A DNA stretch of 64,000 nucleotides, from NCBI GenBank assembly GCA_965223865.1, contig OZ245020.1:704001-768000 (forward strand), in the 5' to 3' direction. Of the stretch, positions 53,655-64,000 are shown piece by piece. The notes under the pieces are model-generated. The model searched no databases. It was not told the DNA's origin and saw only the letters and a list, made by a program, of their open reading frames with translations. Positions within the stretch are counted from its first letter, which is position 1. Every line of letters begins with the position of its first letter. This stretch comes from Nitrosarchaeum sp. (lineage in GTDB: Archaea; Thermoproteota; Nitrososphaeria; Nitrososphaerales; Nitrosopumilaceae). The translations under genes and the position numbers were made by a program.

Positions 53655-53755
53655 TCCTTTTTCTTTTTTCATTTTATTTTACGCTTTTATGAAAACCAAT
53701 CAAAAACTAGTAATTTAATGAAAAAAGAAATAAAAAATATTAATTTTAGTCTGGC

Positions 53756-53983
53756 TCATAATGATATTTTTTGGATATCGTCTTGTAAATTAGTATTTGT
53801 CAATTGTTTTTGTAACTTGGATGTTATCATAATTTCTAATCCGTACGTGCAGTCAAAGTGAATTCTTTCTAATGTGGCATAACCACATTCAGGACAGATT
53901 TGTTGGATAGGCTGATCGCATTGAGAGCACTTTGATTCCATTTGAAGCCCAGTACCGCAATTTCTACATGACTCATCAGGCAT
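53756..53983 (-). CDS. MPDESC-family multi-CxxC Zn-finger protein
   Basis: Three CxxC plus HxxC; AGGAGGTGA Shine-Dalgarno upstream; paralogue at 61890. Confidence 0.75.
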   Translation of the reverse strand: MPDESCRNCGTGLQMESKCSQCDQPIQQICPECGYATLERIHFDCTYGLEIMITSKLQKQLTNTNLQDDIQKISL

Positions 53984-54248
53984 CTCTATCACCTCCTTTT
54001 ACATTGCATGCTTGCCAAAAGAGATCATGTTCTCCACCTCCACTTGGAGAATTGATCTTGGAGTGCGGATATCTTGTTTAGATATTGGCCGAATATACCA
54101 AACTTGGTAAAATAATGATTTGATATACTTCTGGCCTGATCGAGTTGGCTATCAAACCACATCTGTTATTCACCATGTAACTTTCTCATCCAACAAACAT
54201 TAATTCTAGGCAACAACTGGCACGACAAATAATGCTTTTACAAGAAAA

Positions 54249-54286
54249 GTAATGCTGATTATTTACTAGTAAATTCGTAATTTTAC
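54249..54286. promoter_or_regulatory. Tandem GTAA-N10-TTAC operator
   Basis: Two palindromic units 2 bp apart, ending 35 bp before ATG 54321. Confidence 0.6.
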
Positions 54287-54320
54287 TACCCTCTATGAGT
54301 AATTATTTTATATTAAGATC

Positions 54321-54473
54321 ATGAAAACACAAACACTTCAACCTGATCTTTTATCAACGGAGATAATTACTTGTGGCATATGCGAACAAGAGATAACACA
54401 ATACTATTCATATAATTACAAGGGTTACAGAGGAAAATGCTTACGCTGTGATACTGATTTCCCTTTGGATTGA
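54321..54473 (+). CDS. 50-aa Zn-ribbon microprotein (not in ORF track)
   Basis: CGIC...YKGYRGKCLRCDTDFPLD. Confidence 0.7.
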   Translation: MKTQTLQPDLLSTEIITCGICEQEITQYYSYNYKGYRGKCLRCDTDFPLD

Positions 54474-54593
54474 TGATTGTTTGTAGAGCAAATCAGCTTT
54501 TTTAAAATTTCAACAAGAGATTCAAACTCATCTTTGTTTAATATTACAGTATCAGAGCCATGTCTATAATTAAATTAAAAAGAAAAAAATTGC

Positions 54594-55166
<573 letters not shown>

Positions 55167-55251
55167 CTAGAAGCATGAACTGCTTTTACTGAAACCTGTT
55201 GATTCATGACACATGTAATATTTTTTATTATATATAATATTTATTAAAATT

Positions 55252-55267
55252 TGTAATGTATATTACA
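55252..55267. promoter_or_regulatory. Palindrome TGTAAT-N4-ATTACA upstream of the ferredoxin
   Basis: Same arms and spacing at 58841-58856. Confidence 0.5.
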
Positions 55268-55308
55268 TAAAAGTTAAAATCTGACAAAAATTGGCATTAT
55301 GTTTAATC

Positions 55309-55539
55309 TTAAACCAGCCTAGTTCCACACCTGGCACAATAATTCTCATTACATGCAATTTCACAAATTGGGCATACTTTGGTGTCCAATCCACGCGACT
55401 TGAATTTGATTAATCGTAGAAAAGGCAGAAATATCAACGGCAAAAAGAAAAAATAAATTCCAACCCACCACAACGCTACAGATATCGCAACTGCAGCTGA
55501 CGCGATGCACGTTGTAATTACTAAATTATGTTTATTCAT
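55309..55539 (-). CDS. Small membrane protein with C-terminal Zn ribbon
   Basis: Two TM helices followed by CPIC...YCARCG. Confidence 0.7.
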   Translation of the reverse strand: MNKHNLVITTCIASAAVAISVALWWVGIYFFFLPLIFLPFLRLIKFKSRGLDTKVCPICEIACNENYCARCGTRLV

Positions 55540-55690
55540 TCCATCTTTTCTCCATGGTCAATTGAATCTGAGCAGTTTTTACACATATGGTAGCTGCATC
55601 CATCATGAAAATTACTGTAAACATATTCTATTTTTTCTTGCATATGGTAGACTAGAGGATCATCACAGATAATACAAGACAAGTATTCTC

Positions 55691-56624
55691 TCATCCAGAC
55701 TCACTTTCAGTTAATTTGCTTGAACCTATGGTATCCTTTAACAATAGTTTTCCAAACAGATGGTGTGCTTTTTTTACTACGTTTTCGGGACTGGCATCAG
55801 GTTCGGCAGAGATCAATATTATGTGATCCAAAATCGGCATGCTAACCATCAGGACCTTTCCTCTTTTTGATGCAAGATATTCTACAGGGCCCAAAGTATC
55901 ATCATGTTCCCTTCTCATTGCAACCTCAAGGCTTAGCTGCATGTACATGGACCTTCTCTTATAGTCATCTTCATGCGGAGTCAAACCTTCTCTGAACCTG
56001 CCCGCAATTAGATTTCCCATGTTGTTGATTACGCCACAAAATCTGACTTTGTCCCATATTAACATCTCATTGCACATGTATTCCAGCATTTTTTTTGATT
56101 TTTCTTCATCTAATTGTATACCAAGCTCAGAATTTTTCATTGTTGACAAGAACGCTATCTGTTTTAGGATTTTGTCTGGGTGCACTAGTTTTTTTAATAC
56201 CATGTACAATCCCTTGTTCATCAACTCATCAATTTTATCTTGTTCAATATCTAAACCTGTAAAAAGAATTTATTTTTTGTTTCTTGAGAATGTTAGCTTT
56301 GTCTAGCTGCCTCAATACCTCTAATCCCTTCTGTTTGGGCACTGGTATGTCTAAAAATACTGCATGAAAGTCTTGTTTTTCAAGTAATCTCAATCCTACA
56401 TCTAACATGTCTGTGGATTGCACATGATATCCATTACCTTTTAAAATACAAGACAAACGTTCAAGAATTTTTCTATTGTCGTCTATGATGAGAATATCTT
56501 TTATCTCTGATTCTGGATTCTCGATGTGTTTAATCTTTTTTTGTATGCGATTTTGCATACTATTTGTAGTTTTTAGACATGTCTTCTCCTGCTGATATTC
56601 TTGTTCGTACTGATGCTGCAACAT
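55691..56624 (-). pseudogene. Response-regulator receiver fused to a roadblock-like (DUF6659-type) domain, +1 frameshift at about 56270
   Basis: ILIIDD, FLDIPVP..GLEVL; removing one A gives KIILFTGLDIEQDKIDELMNKG, continuous with the second ORF. Confidence 0.75.
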
Positions 56625-56681
56625 TTCGCTCTAATTATGGTGAACATAAAATAAATTCTTTTTACAGCTGCAACGTGATTA

Positions 56682-56699
56682 GTAAAGACTCAACTTGAC
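56682..56699. promoter_or_regulatory. GTAA-N10-TGAC operator
   Basis: Ends 35 bp before ATG 56734. Confidence 0.5.
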
Positions 56700-56733
56700 T
56701 GCAAAATAAGAATGATTTTCACAAACTCAAATC

Positions 56734-56904
56734 ATGAAAATCAAAAATGCTTTGACACAGATATTGTGTGCAATGACAGGGCATGACAAGTGTCTTGATA
56801 TAGATAGCAATACTGGCAAGTGGTTTGATTACTGTTCTTTATGCCACAAACGATGGGAAAACGAATCTCTCAATAATGTTGTATCTGGGGTGAAATCATC
56901 ATGA
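56734..56904 (+). CDS. 56-aa CxxxGH...CxxC microprotein (not in ORF track)
   Basis: LCAMTGHDK...YCSLCHKRW; overlaps the next gene by ATGA. Confidence 0.6.
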   Translation: MKIKNALTQILCAMTGHDKCLDIDSNTGKWFDYCSLCHKRWENESLNNVVSGVKSS

Positions 56905-57170
56905 CCAAAGTTCACAGCAATGTTTACATTCCAAGAGAGTCATGGCCACACTGGACATGGTTTGCAATAGAGTTTTTCATTGTTCTTGCTGCATCTTTGT
57001 TGATTGCCAGCGAGATTATGGTAACAGTGTTTGATGATACAGAAATGGGTGAAACTATTCAGAACTGGATATTTTGGAGTATAGTTGGAATTTTATTTTT
57101 TATGTGGTATATCATACTGCGAGGACTGGTCTTAAAAAGAACCATATTGGAAAATAGATACTACCATTAA
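56901..57170 (+). CDS. Small two-TM membrane protein
   Basis: 89 aa with two hydrophobic helices. Confidence 0.7.
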   Translation: MTKVHSNVYIPRESWPHWTWFAIEFFIVLAASLLIASEIMVTVFDDTEMGETIQNWIFWSIVGILFFMWYIILRGLVLKRTILENRYYH

Positions 57171-57328
57171 TTTTCTTTAGGGTATGTAGAAATAATTTTT
57201 ACATGCTTTCGATCTATTCTAAATACTTCATATTTACCATATTTTCTTTTTGGCTCTTGACCATTCAACATACCTCATTACTATTAGCTGAACATGATAC
57301 TGCAGTTAATACACAATCATCACACAAT

Positions 57329-57433
57329 ATGATCATGAACATCTTAAAAAAATGCCTACATTGCGGTAAAGAATTTGCAAGCAAGTTTGAGAAAATCTGC
57401 TCTTACAAATGTGCAAATGAGATATCAACATGA
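57329..57433 (+). CDS. Short CxxC...CSxxC Zn-binding microprotein
   Basis: KKCLHCGKEF...ICSYKCA. Confidence 0.55.
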   Translation: MIMNILKKCLHCGKEFASKFEKICSYKCANEIST

Positions 57434-57465
57434 ATTTACAGTTTACCAAGAGGTGATGGTGTACA

Positions 57466-58080
57466 GTGACAGAATTACTTTATGTTTCAGACACGTTTGG
57501 GTACGATCTTGCCCAGATGGTGATAACACTTTTTGTTGTAATGGATCCGATTGGAACCATACCAATAATCATGGGATTGACTCAGAAATTAGAACCTAAA
57601 GAAAAAAAATCACTTATGAAAAATGCCATAATCACAGTAGCAATTCTTCTTTTTGTATTTGCATTAGTCGGAAATCATCTGCTTTCACTTTTTAATGTGG
57701 AAATTGCAAGTTTTATGATCGCAGGAGGTATACTGTTGTTTATTGTATCAATAGAATTTTTGACACATGGTGAATGGAGAGTGGGGGGCGGAAATCTCAA
57801 ACATGAATCAGGTATTGTGCCATTAGCATTTCCACTGCTTTCAGGTCCAGGTGCTTTGACTGTAGTCATGATATCTTATCAAACCGTAGGTTTGCTCACT
57901 ACAATAATTGCAATCGCAATAGTTGTTGCCATGTCGTATTTTGTCTTGGCACTAACAAATCCCATTTACAAACTGTTGGGAAAGAGAGGTTCCATAATAG
58001 TTACAAGAGTATTTGCAATTTTCATTGCAGCGTTTGGAATACAGTTCATATTAAATGGAATACATGAAGTTTTTCTTTAA
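57466..58080 (+). CDS. MarC family integral membrane protein
   Basis: DPIGTIP, IAGGILL, VPLAFPLLSGPG. Confidence 0.92.
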   Translation: MTELLYVSDTFGYDLAQMVITLFVVMDPIGTIPIIMGLTQKLEPKEKKSLMKNAIITVAILLFVFALVGNHLLSLFNVEIASFMIAGGILLFIVSIEFLTHGEWRVGGGNLKHESGIVPLAFPLLSGPGALTVVMISYQTVGLLTTIIAIAIVVAMSYFVLALTNPIYKLLGKRGSIIVTRVFAIFIAAFGIQFILNGIHEVFL

Positions 58081-58108
58081 TAAGACACATTCAAAAATTA
58101 ACAAAAAT

Positions 58109-58759
58109 CTATTTGGTTCTTGCAATCTCTGAACGCAGTACATCATATGCTCTTGCTGCGTTCTGCTCACTTAGAACGATGATTATGCTATCCTGGCTAA
58201 AGTACGCATTGATGATTTCAATTCCTTGTGAATGCAGAGCTTCGGCAACATAAGAGACCACATCAGAGCGGTTTTGTGTAGGAGGGATTGAGATTTTTAT
58301 TTTTGCCAGTCCTGTACTGAACATTTTTTCTCGGTTTGGATGGCTCTCAAAAATCTGTCTAATATCATCTACATCTTCAGTTAGAAATCTAAATGAATCT
58401 GAAAGTCTGAAAAAGTCATAATTGTTTGTGATCTTTGAGAACTTGTCAATAATATCAACCGCATCCATATCAGAGTCCTTTACTGAAAATTTGATATCCA
58501 TTATTCCATCTGTCAACGCAAGTCTGGCATTTTTGAGGACTGATTCTTCCTTAACATCTTCTTTATCTTCAAAAGAATCTGCGTATCGTTTTATTGCAAC
58601 AACAATAGTGTTGAGATTTACAGAATTTCCTAATATCTTTTCAACCTCTGGTTGAACCTTTACAGCTAACGCGGTATAGTTTATGATGTCCATCTTCATA
58701 CAATCATAGATGGATCTGTTGCGTGTGATTATCTCCCGAACAATTTCAGGTATCGACAT
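58109..58759 (-). CDS. Archaeal ACT-domain-containing protein
   Basis: IINYTALA..AIKRY N-terminus and C-terminal ACT-like domain. Confidence 0.75.
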   Translation of the reverse strand: MSIPEIVREIITRNRSIYDCMKMDIINYTALAVKVQPEVEKILGNSVNLNTIVVAIKRYADSFEDKEDVKEESVLKNARLALTDGIMDIKFSVKDSDMDAVDIIDKFSKITNNYDFFRLSDSFRFLTEDVDDIRQIFESHPNREKMFSTGLAKIKISIPPTQNRSDVVSYVAEALHSQGIEIINAYFSQDSIIIVLSEQNAARAYDVLRSEIARTK

Positions 58760-58840
58760 TTATCCTCAATAGAATTATTATATGTTAGTTATAATAATAT
58801 TTTGTAAAAATTTGTTATAATTATAATAAAACATATATAT

Positions 58841-58856
58841 TGTAATATGTATTACA
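58841..58856. promoter_or_regulatory. Palindrome TGTAAT-N4-ATTACA at the hsp20 promoter
   Basis: Lies between an AT-rich TATA region and the AGGTGA Shine-Dalgarno. Confidence 0.5.
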
Positions 58857-58870
58857 TTACACAGGTGAAT

Positions 58871-59374
58871 ATGACAATGTTCTTTGACGACGAATTTGAC
58901 AGAATCTTCAAGAGAATGTCTCACTCATTCGTAAATCTTGATGATCTGGTAAATGAATTCAAGGACACGCACAACCTTACTTCCGGTCCCTACTATTACG
59001 GATACACGTTGACTACCGGACCTGATGGAAAGCCCATTCTCAAAGAGTATGGAAATGTCAAACCAGGACTGTTGCCTGGTTCAGATACCAGAGACCCAGT
59101 AGTTGATACCGTACTTGATGAGAAAGAAAAGACAGTCAAACTCGTAGCTGAGATGCCTGGTGTTGACAAGTCCAACATCAATGTGGTAATTGAAGACAAC
59201 ATAGTCCAGATTGATGCAGAACAAGACAAGAAAAAGTATCATTCCAGGGTACCACTGCAAGTAAAAGTAGATGAGAATTCCGTAAAAGCATCCTACAAGA
59301 ACGGCATACTGGAAGTTGCGCTAAAGCTCCTTGAAGAAGAAAAGCCAAAAGGCAAAAAGGTGGAGGTGAACTAA
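58871..59374 (+). CDS. hsp20: Small heat-shock protein Hsp20
   Basis: YYYGY..GPDGKP, AEMPGV, ASYKNGILEV. Confidence 0.93.
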   Translation: MTMFFDDEFDRIFKRMSHSFVNLDDLVNEFKDTHNLTSGPYYYGYTLTTGPDGKPILKEYGNVKPGLLPGSDTRDPVVDTVLDEKEKTVKLVAEMPGVDKSNINVVIEDNIVQIDAEQDKKKYHSRVPLQVKVDENSVKASYKNGILEVALKLLEEEKPKGKKVEVN

Positions 59375-59399
59375 GTCTTCATCTTTGAATTTTTTCTAG

Positions 59400-61589
59400 G
59401 TGATGAGAATAATGAAAATGAATGACAATAATATTGAATTAAAGATTGATGAGATTCCACAACAGCATGTAGGACGTGGAAGAGCAATAGTTGATCCCAA
59501 GATCATTGAAGATACCAAATGGAGTACCGGACAAATTTTAGAATTAACGTACAATAAAAAAACACACGTAAAGTTGTGGCCAGGAACACCGGAGGAATAT
59601 GGAGCTGGAATTATCAAGATAGACGGAATTACCAGACAAAACATTGGAGCTGGCATTGGTGACAAGATTACCATCAAGGCTGTAGAAGCTGCAGATGCAA
59701 AACAGATTGTCTTGTCTCCAACTGAAAAGATTCAGACAGAGGGATTACAAGATTATATGATTCACAATTATCTTAACCATGTCTTCACAACTGGTGACAC
59801 AATTTCTCTTAACACGCAGATGGGCGGAAAGGTACAATTCATTATAACAAGTACAGAACCATCAAAGCCCGTAATTGTCACTGAAGATACATCATTCAAG
59901 CTTGGCTCAATGACAAAAGCAGTTGATGCAACGATTCCACGTGTGACATACGATGATCTTGGAGGACTAAAAAATGAAGTCCAAAAGATTCGTGAGATGG
60001 TTGAACTACCAATGAGGCATCCAGAACTTTTTGAAAAAATCGGAGTTGAAGCTCCAAAAGGAGTACTGCTTTATGGACCTCCTGGAACTGGAAAGACTCT
60101 GCTTGCCAAAGCCGTAGCTGGTGAGACTAATGCCAATTTCACTTCGCTTAGCGGTCCTGAAATCATGGGCAAGTATTATGGAGAAAGTGAGGAAAGAATC
60201 AGAGACATATTCAAACAAGCTGAAGAAAATGCTCCAAGCATAATATTCATTGATGAAATTGACTCTATTGCGCCAAAAAGAGAAGAGGTTACAGGAGAGG
60301 TAGAAAAGAGAATAGTATCTCAGCTTTTGACGCTACTAGATGGAATGAAGAGTAGAGGAAAAGTAGTAGTCATTGCAGCTACCAACAGACCGGACTCGAT
60401 TGATCCAGCATTAAGAAGACCCGGCAGATTTGACAGAGAGATAGAGATTGGAATCCCAGACGAAGAGGGAAGAAAAGACATTCTTGCCATCCACACCAGA
60501 GGAATGCCAATTGATGAGAAAGTTGACCTTGATGGTATTTCAAAAATAACACATGGTTTTGTAGGAGCTGATCTTGAGATACTTGCAAAAGAGGCAGCTA
60601 TGAGATCTTTGCGAAAAATACTTCCAGACATTGATCTTGATCAAGAAAAGATATCCTCAGAGATTCTGCAAAAAATCAAGGTCACAAGCGATGACTTCAA
60701 AGATGCATTAAAGGAAGTAAAACCATCAGCATTACGTGAAGTTCTAGTCCAGATTCCAAATGTAACATGGTCTGATGTTGGTGGATTAGATGAACTAAAA
60801 GAAGAGCTACGAGAGACAGTAGAGTGGCCATTAAAACACAAAGAGGCATTTGATTATGTTGATGTCAAACCTCCAAAAGGCGTACTGCTTTATGGACCTC
60901 CTGGTACTGGAAAGACATTGATTGCAAAGGCTTTGGCAAAAACAACCGAGTCCAACTTTATCAGCATAAAGGGACCCGAACTTCTTTCAAAATGGGTCGG
61001 AGAATCTGAAAAAGGAGTTAGAGAAATATTCAGGAAAGCAAGACAAGCAGCTCCATGTATCATTTTCTTTGATGAGATTGATGCACTAGTACCAAGAAGA
61101 AGTGGCGGAGATTCATCACATGTCTCAGAAAATGTAGTGTCTCAGATTCTTACTGAGATAGATGGTTTGGAAGAATTACATGATGTGCTGATAGTTGGTG
61201 CAACAAACAGACTCGATATAGTTGATGAAGCATTGTTACGACCTGGTAGATTTGATAGAATAGTGGAAGTACCAATACCTGATGCAAAGAGTAGGGAACA
61301 TATCTTCAAGATTCACACCAGAAAGAAGCCTCTTGATACTGACGTCAAGATATCTGAAATTGTTGAACGTACAGAAGGATTTAGCGGAGCTGAGATAGAA
61401 GCAATAGCTAACAGGGCAGCAATTGCAGCACTAAAAAAACACATAGAGAGCAAGTCCGAAGATGTCAAAAACATCAAGATTTCCCATCAAGATGTAATTG
61501 ATGCTATTGAGAAATTAAAGCCAGAGTTACCAACAAAACAACTCCAGCAACACAACATAAAACCTGAAAAACCAGATCCCGCAAACTAG
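59400..61589 (+). CDS. cdc48: CDC48/VCP AAA+ ATPase
   Basis: N-domain plus two AAA modules ([19 protein letters not shown]). Confidence 0.96.
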   Translation: MMRIMKMNDNNIELKIDEIPQQHVGRGRAIVDPKIIEDTKWSTGQILELTYNKKTHVKLWPGTPEEYGAGIIKIDGITRQNIGAGIGDKITIKAVEAADAKQIVLSPTEKIQTEGLQDYMIHNYLNHVFTTGDTISLNTQMGGKVQFIITSTEPSKPVIVTEDTSFKLGSMTKAVDATIPRVTYDDLGGLKNEVQKIREMVELPMRHPELFEKIGVEAPKGVLLYGPPGTGKTLLAKAVAGETNANFTSLSGPEIMGKYYGESEERIRDIFKQAEENAPSIIFIDEIDSIAPKREEVTGEVEKRIVSQLLTLLDGMKSRGKVVVIAATNRPDSIDPALRRPGRFDREIEIGIPDEEGRKDILAIHTRGMPIDEKVDLDGISKITHGFVGADLEILAKEAAMRSLRKILPDIDLDQEKISSEILQKIKVTSDDFKDALKEVKPSALREVLVQIPNVTWSDVGGLDELKEELRETVEWPLKHKEAFDYVDVKPPKGVLLYGPPGTGKTLIAKALAKTTESNFISIKGPELLSKWVGESEKGVREIFRKARQAAPCIIFFDEIDALVPRRSGGDSSHVSENVVSQILTEIDGLEELHDVLIVGATNRLDIVDEALLRPGRFDRIVEVPIPDAKSREHIFKIHTRKKPLDTDVKISEIVERTEGFSGAEIEAIANRAAIAALKKHIESKSEDVKNIKISHQDVIDAIEKLKPELPTKQLQQHNIKPEKPDPAN

Positions 61590-61611
61590 AAAAAATGAAT
61601 TTCTAACACAG

Positions 61612-61649
61612 GTAAAGGCTAAAGCTTACTGGTAAAACTTTCAGTTGAC
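61612..61649. promoter_or_regulatory. Tandem GTAA-N10-T(T/G)AC operator
   Basis: Two units 2 bp apart, ending 35 bp before ATG 61684. Confidence 0.6.
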
Positions 61650-61683
61650 TCTAATCTATTAATATCAAATCATTACTATAGTC

Positions 61684-61887
61684 ATGACAACACAAACCTT
61701 TCAAAAGAATCCCACAAGCACCTGGGACAAAATGGTGCATGCCCCATTCAAGAAGGTAGTTGCTTTTGATCTTCTATGCATGGCAATAGGAATGCCTATA
61801 GGTGCAGGAATATTGGCTGCCTTTATTTATGGGGCTGAGCCGGTAACAGACGCTCTGCAAACGGTTTCAAAGATTTGGGGAGGTTAG
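61684..61887 (+). CDS. Small single-TM protein
   Basis: 67 aa with a central hydrophobic helix. Confidence 0.6.
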   Translation: MTTQTFQKNPTSTWDKMVHAPFKKVVAFDLLCMAIGMPIGAGILAAFIYGAEPVTDALQTVSKIWGG

Positions 61888-61889
61888 AA

Positions 61890-62066
61890 ATGCCAGACGA
61901 GTCTTGCAGAAGATGTGGGGCTGAACTGGAGATAAGGAAAGCTTGCCAAGAGTGCAAGTCTCCCATCTTATTTTTCTGTTCTCACTGCAACTATGAACCA
62001 GACGAATGGATTCATGCAAATTGTATGATTGCGATGAAACAACAGTTGATGTCAATAACTGCATAA
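61890..62066 (+). CDS. MPDESC-family multi-CxxC Zn-finger protein
   Basis: GGAGGT Shine-Dalgarno; CRRC, CQEC, CSHC, HxxC. Confidence 0.75.
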   Translation: MPDESCRRCGAELEIRKACQECKSPILFFCSHCNYEPDEWIHANCMIAMKQQLMSITA

Positions 62067-62207
62067 TAATACTACACAACTTCAAGTTTCGTCTTTCGAA
62101 GGGTTCATCAAGGTGTTGGGCTGGACCGCCCAACATCAACATTTTACTTTTCCTAGGTTGATGCAGATCGAACCAAAATTTAATTGCCTCAAATAACGCG
62201 ATATGCT

Positions 62208-62450
62208 ATGGCCAAGGGCATAATAATAGGAGTCATTGTTGCTGCAGTTACCATAGGACTAATTTTGACATACACCAATACCTATGATGTGCTAAAGCCC
62301 GAAGTAGAACCAGGAGTTGATACGGCAAAAGATGCAATATCTAAGATAGATGGTGATGACGTGGTAGAAAAAGCAGGAGAGGTCACAGATAAGATAAAGG
62401 ATGTGACTGGTAAAATCAAAGTAAACAACCCATTAGAACCAAAAGAGTAA
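62208..62450 (+). CDS. Membrane-anchored small helical protein
   Basis: N-terminal TM followed by an amphipathic K/D-rich tail. Confidence 0.65.
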   Translation: MAKGIIIGVIVAAVTIGLILTYTNTYDVLKPEVEPGVDTAKDAISKIDGDDVVEKAGEVTDKIKDVTGKIKVNNPLEPKE

Positions 62451-62531
62451 TGAATTGAAATTCTATTGACCTAGATCGAATACAAAATTAATCAAATCTT
62501 TCAAATTGTCTTTATAGGAAATGAAAATCCC

Positions 62532-62657
62532 ATGAAGGAGTTGTTAAGATTTAGGGGGTTATGCAAGCAATGTTACTCATCTGGTGTTGAACTGGTATTA
62601 AATGAAGAAACATTTGAAGCAGCTTGTGACAAGTGCAGAAGTTCTAATAACGTCTGA
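62532..62657 (+). CDS. 41-aa CxxC-CxxC microprotein (not in ORF track)
   Basis: RGLCKQCYSSGV...ACDKCR. Confidence 0.6.
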   Translation: MKELLRFRGLCKQCYSSGVELVLNEETFEAACDKCRSSNNV

Positions 62658-62698
62658 TTTCTGGGCAAGATCTATAAACCATAATTTTTGAAAACCAC

Positions 62699-62791
62699 AT
62701 GTTGAATGAATCTGCTGCACCATGCCCAAGTTGCATGATAGAGCACGCATCAGGAGTTGGTTGTTCCTGTGACTGCCATGGAAACAAGTAA
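62699..62791 (+). CDS. 30-aa Cys/His metallothionein-like microprotein (copy 2)
   Basis: MLNESAAPCPSCMIEHASGVGCSCDCHGNK. Confidence 0.7.
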   Translation: MLNESAAPCPSCMIEHASGVGCSCDCHGNK

Positions 62792-62846
62792 TATCCTTTA
62801 CGAATGACTTCTCAACACTGGTTTAATGTCCAGCAAGTCATTTCAC

Positions 62847-63076
62847 ATGTGGAAACCACATATTCTTGTAAAGTGTGATGACAATGAAGAGGGGGATGAC
62901 ATATTAGACAATATAAAATCCATCAAGGAAGTAAAAAAGTTGAAAAGACGTTTGGCGCATACAATGCAGTGATAAAACTAGAGGCAGAATCCATCTCAAA
63001 GATCAAAAATATAATGTCTGAGAAGATAAGAAACAGACAAGGAATTCAAAGTACACTGACACTTGTAACCGCATAG
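62847..63076 (+). pseudogene. Lrp/AsnC domain protein, frameshifted in an A-run (about 62935)
   Basis: HILVKCDD...IKEVK / VEKTFGAYNAVIKLEAES...STLTLVTA; paralogue of 52000-52224. Confidence 0.75.
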
Positions 63077-63138
63077 CTGTTGCAGCAGCAACTCTTTGTC
63101 AGTAAGATCTATAAGTAAAGATCTTCTTGTCAAGTGAG

Positions 63139-63246
63139 ATGTCTGGTTCTATTTCAAAATGGTGGGAAGGAATAAAAAAATTAAAAGATGACATTGAATG
63201 CGATGTTTTGAATCGGGATTTGGATGTAAATGTTTTAGATGCTTGA
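63139..63246 (+). CDS. 35-aa WWEG microprotein (copy 2)
   Basis: MSGSISKWWEGIKKLKDDIECDV... Confidence 0.55.
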   Translation: MSGSISKWWEGIKKLKDDIECDVLNRDLDVNVLDA

Positions 63247-63336
63247 GTATTTTACATGAGTAAAAATCCAACTTGTCACATTCACCATAGTATTTGCTGC
63301 AATGCTAGTTAAAATAAAATAGAGTTAATGGATTGC

Positions 63337-63525
63337 TTATTCCAATTTTGCTTTTGCTTTTTTGATCATTGCCATCTCTTCTTTGAGATGTTTTTTTAGA
63401 ACACGTTCATGGTCTTTTTTGTGCGAACTGTATGCCTTGTTTAATGCCTGTTTTGTTTTTGCTTTTTTTATTGCAGCATTGAATTTTTTATGAATTGTGT
63501 TCACTTGGGCAGTATAGCTTGCCAT
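63337..63525 (-). CDS. Small Lys-rich helical protein
   Basis: 62 aa, very basic. Confidence 0.7.
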   Translation of the reverse strand: MASYTAQVNTIHKKFNAAIKKAKTKQALNKAYSSHKKDHERVLKKHLKEEMAMIKKAKAKLE

Positions 63526-63572
63526 GAGTAGTTTTTTTGTTCATTGTTTAAATTGTATCATTAAAGCAAAAA

Positions 63573-64000
63573 TTAGACATTCTTGTCTAGTTTTACATAT
63601 TTTGAAAATTCCTTGACTCTGTTACGTATTGTTATTGCAGACACACCAGACGTTTTTGAAATAACATTCTGTGACACATTTGCGTTCGTTTTGATGCAAA
63701 CCATGTAGACTATGGCAGTAGCTATTGCTTCTGGTCTTTTTCCCGCAATTATCTTTTTTTCGTTTAGTGTATCATAGATTAGTACCGCCTCTCTCTTTGC
63801 GGCTTCAGAAATATTCAAGTTGTTTGCAAGCTTGATTATGCTTTGAGTGGGATCTGCCATTGGGACACTCAACCCAAGTTTTCTGAACAGAACACGGTAT
63901 GACTTTGCAATCGTCTTTCTTTTCTCGTGCAGATGGTTCGATATCTCTATTATGGTTCTGTGTGCATTCATGTCACGGCATGCAGCATACATACATGCAC
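63573..64000 (-). CDS. tfb: Transcription initiation factor TFB, C-terminal part (5' partial)
   Basis: MYAACR..RTI.EI, AGKRPEAIA, SGVSAITIRNR cyclin repeats. Confidence 0.88.
   Translation of the reverse strand, partial: ACMYAACRDMNAHRTIIEISNHLHEKRKTIAKSYRVLFRKLGLSVPMADPTQSIIKLANNLNISEAAKREAVLIYDTLNEKKIIAGKRPEAIATAIVYMVCIKTNANVSQNVISKTSGVSAITIRNRVKEFSKYVKLDKNV

Noticed and set aside
54020-54162. 45-codon minus-strand ORF (MWFDSQLDQARS...) upstream of the MPDESC gene
   Set aside because: Plausible, but has no motif or second copy to support a call
57203-57328. N-terminal half of the 76-aa ORF
   Set aside because: Looks like promoter DNA; only the Cys-containing 3' part was kept
61573-61581. 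CAGATCCCG matching the tRNA-Thr T-arm as a possible attR
   Set aside because: Only 9 bp, lies inside the cdc48 coding end, and is expected by chance. I saw no longer tRNA repeat by eye

Overview
Ammonia-oxidising archaeon of the Nitrosopumilus/Nitrosopumilaceae type, judged from gene content, small Zn-finger families and intron-containing tRNAs. About 1-23 kb is housekeeping backbone: pheT end, aconitase, tRNA-Trp with two introns, pdxST, acetolactate synthase, valS, queD-like, purB, rtcB, rps11, thiL and a phosphohexomutase. A probable two-hairpin H/ACA-type RNA lies at 342-510. An accessory island starts right after tRNA-Thr(CGT) at 23.1 kb. It holds a truncated tyrosine integrase, a TFB-like/degenerate ParB/wHTH operon, an A24 prepilin peptidase, a tandem DsbA, a 1054-aa VirD4/HerA-type ATPase and two paralogous ~850-aa surface proteins. 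It also has a repeated backbone/cargo arrangement whose cargo includes an unexplained helical-protein + PDZ-protein operon. From about 51.8 kb the window is a metal/stress module rich in unannotated Cys-rich microproteins. This module contains an inverted duplicated three-gene micro-cassette and two recurring palindromic operators, one at a fixed 35-bp spacing from three start codons. Frameshifts and stops cluster in the accessory part. All calls come from reading the sequence; no searches were run.
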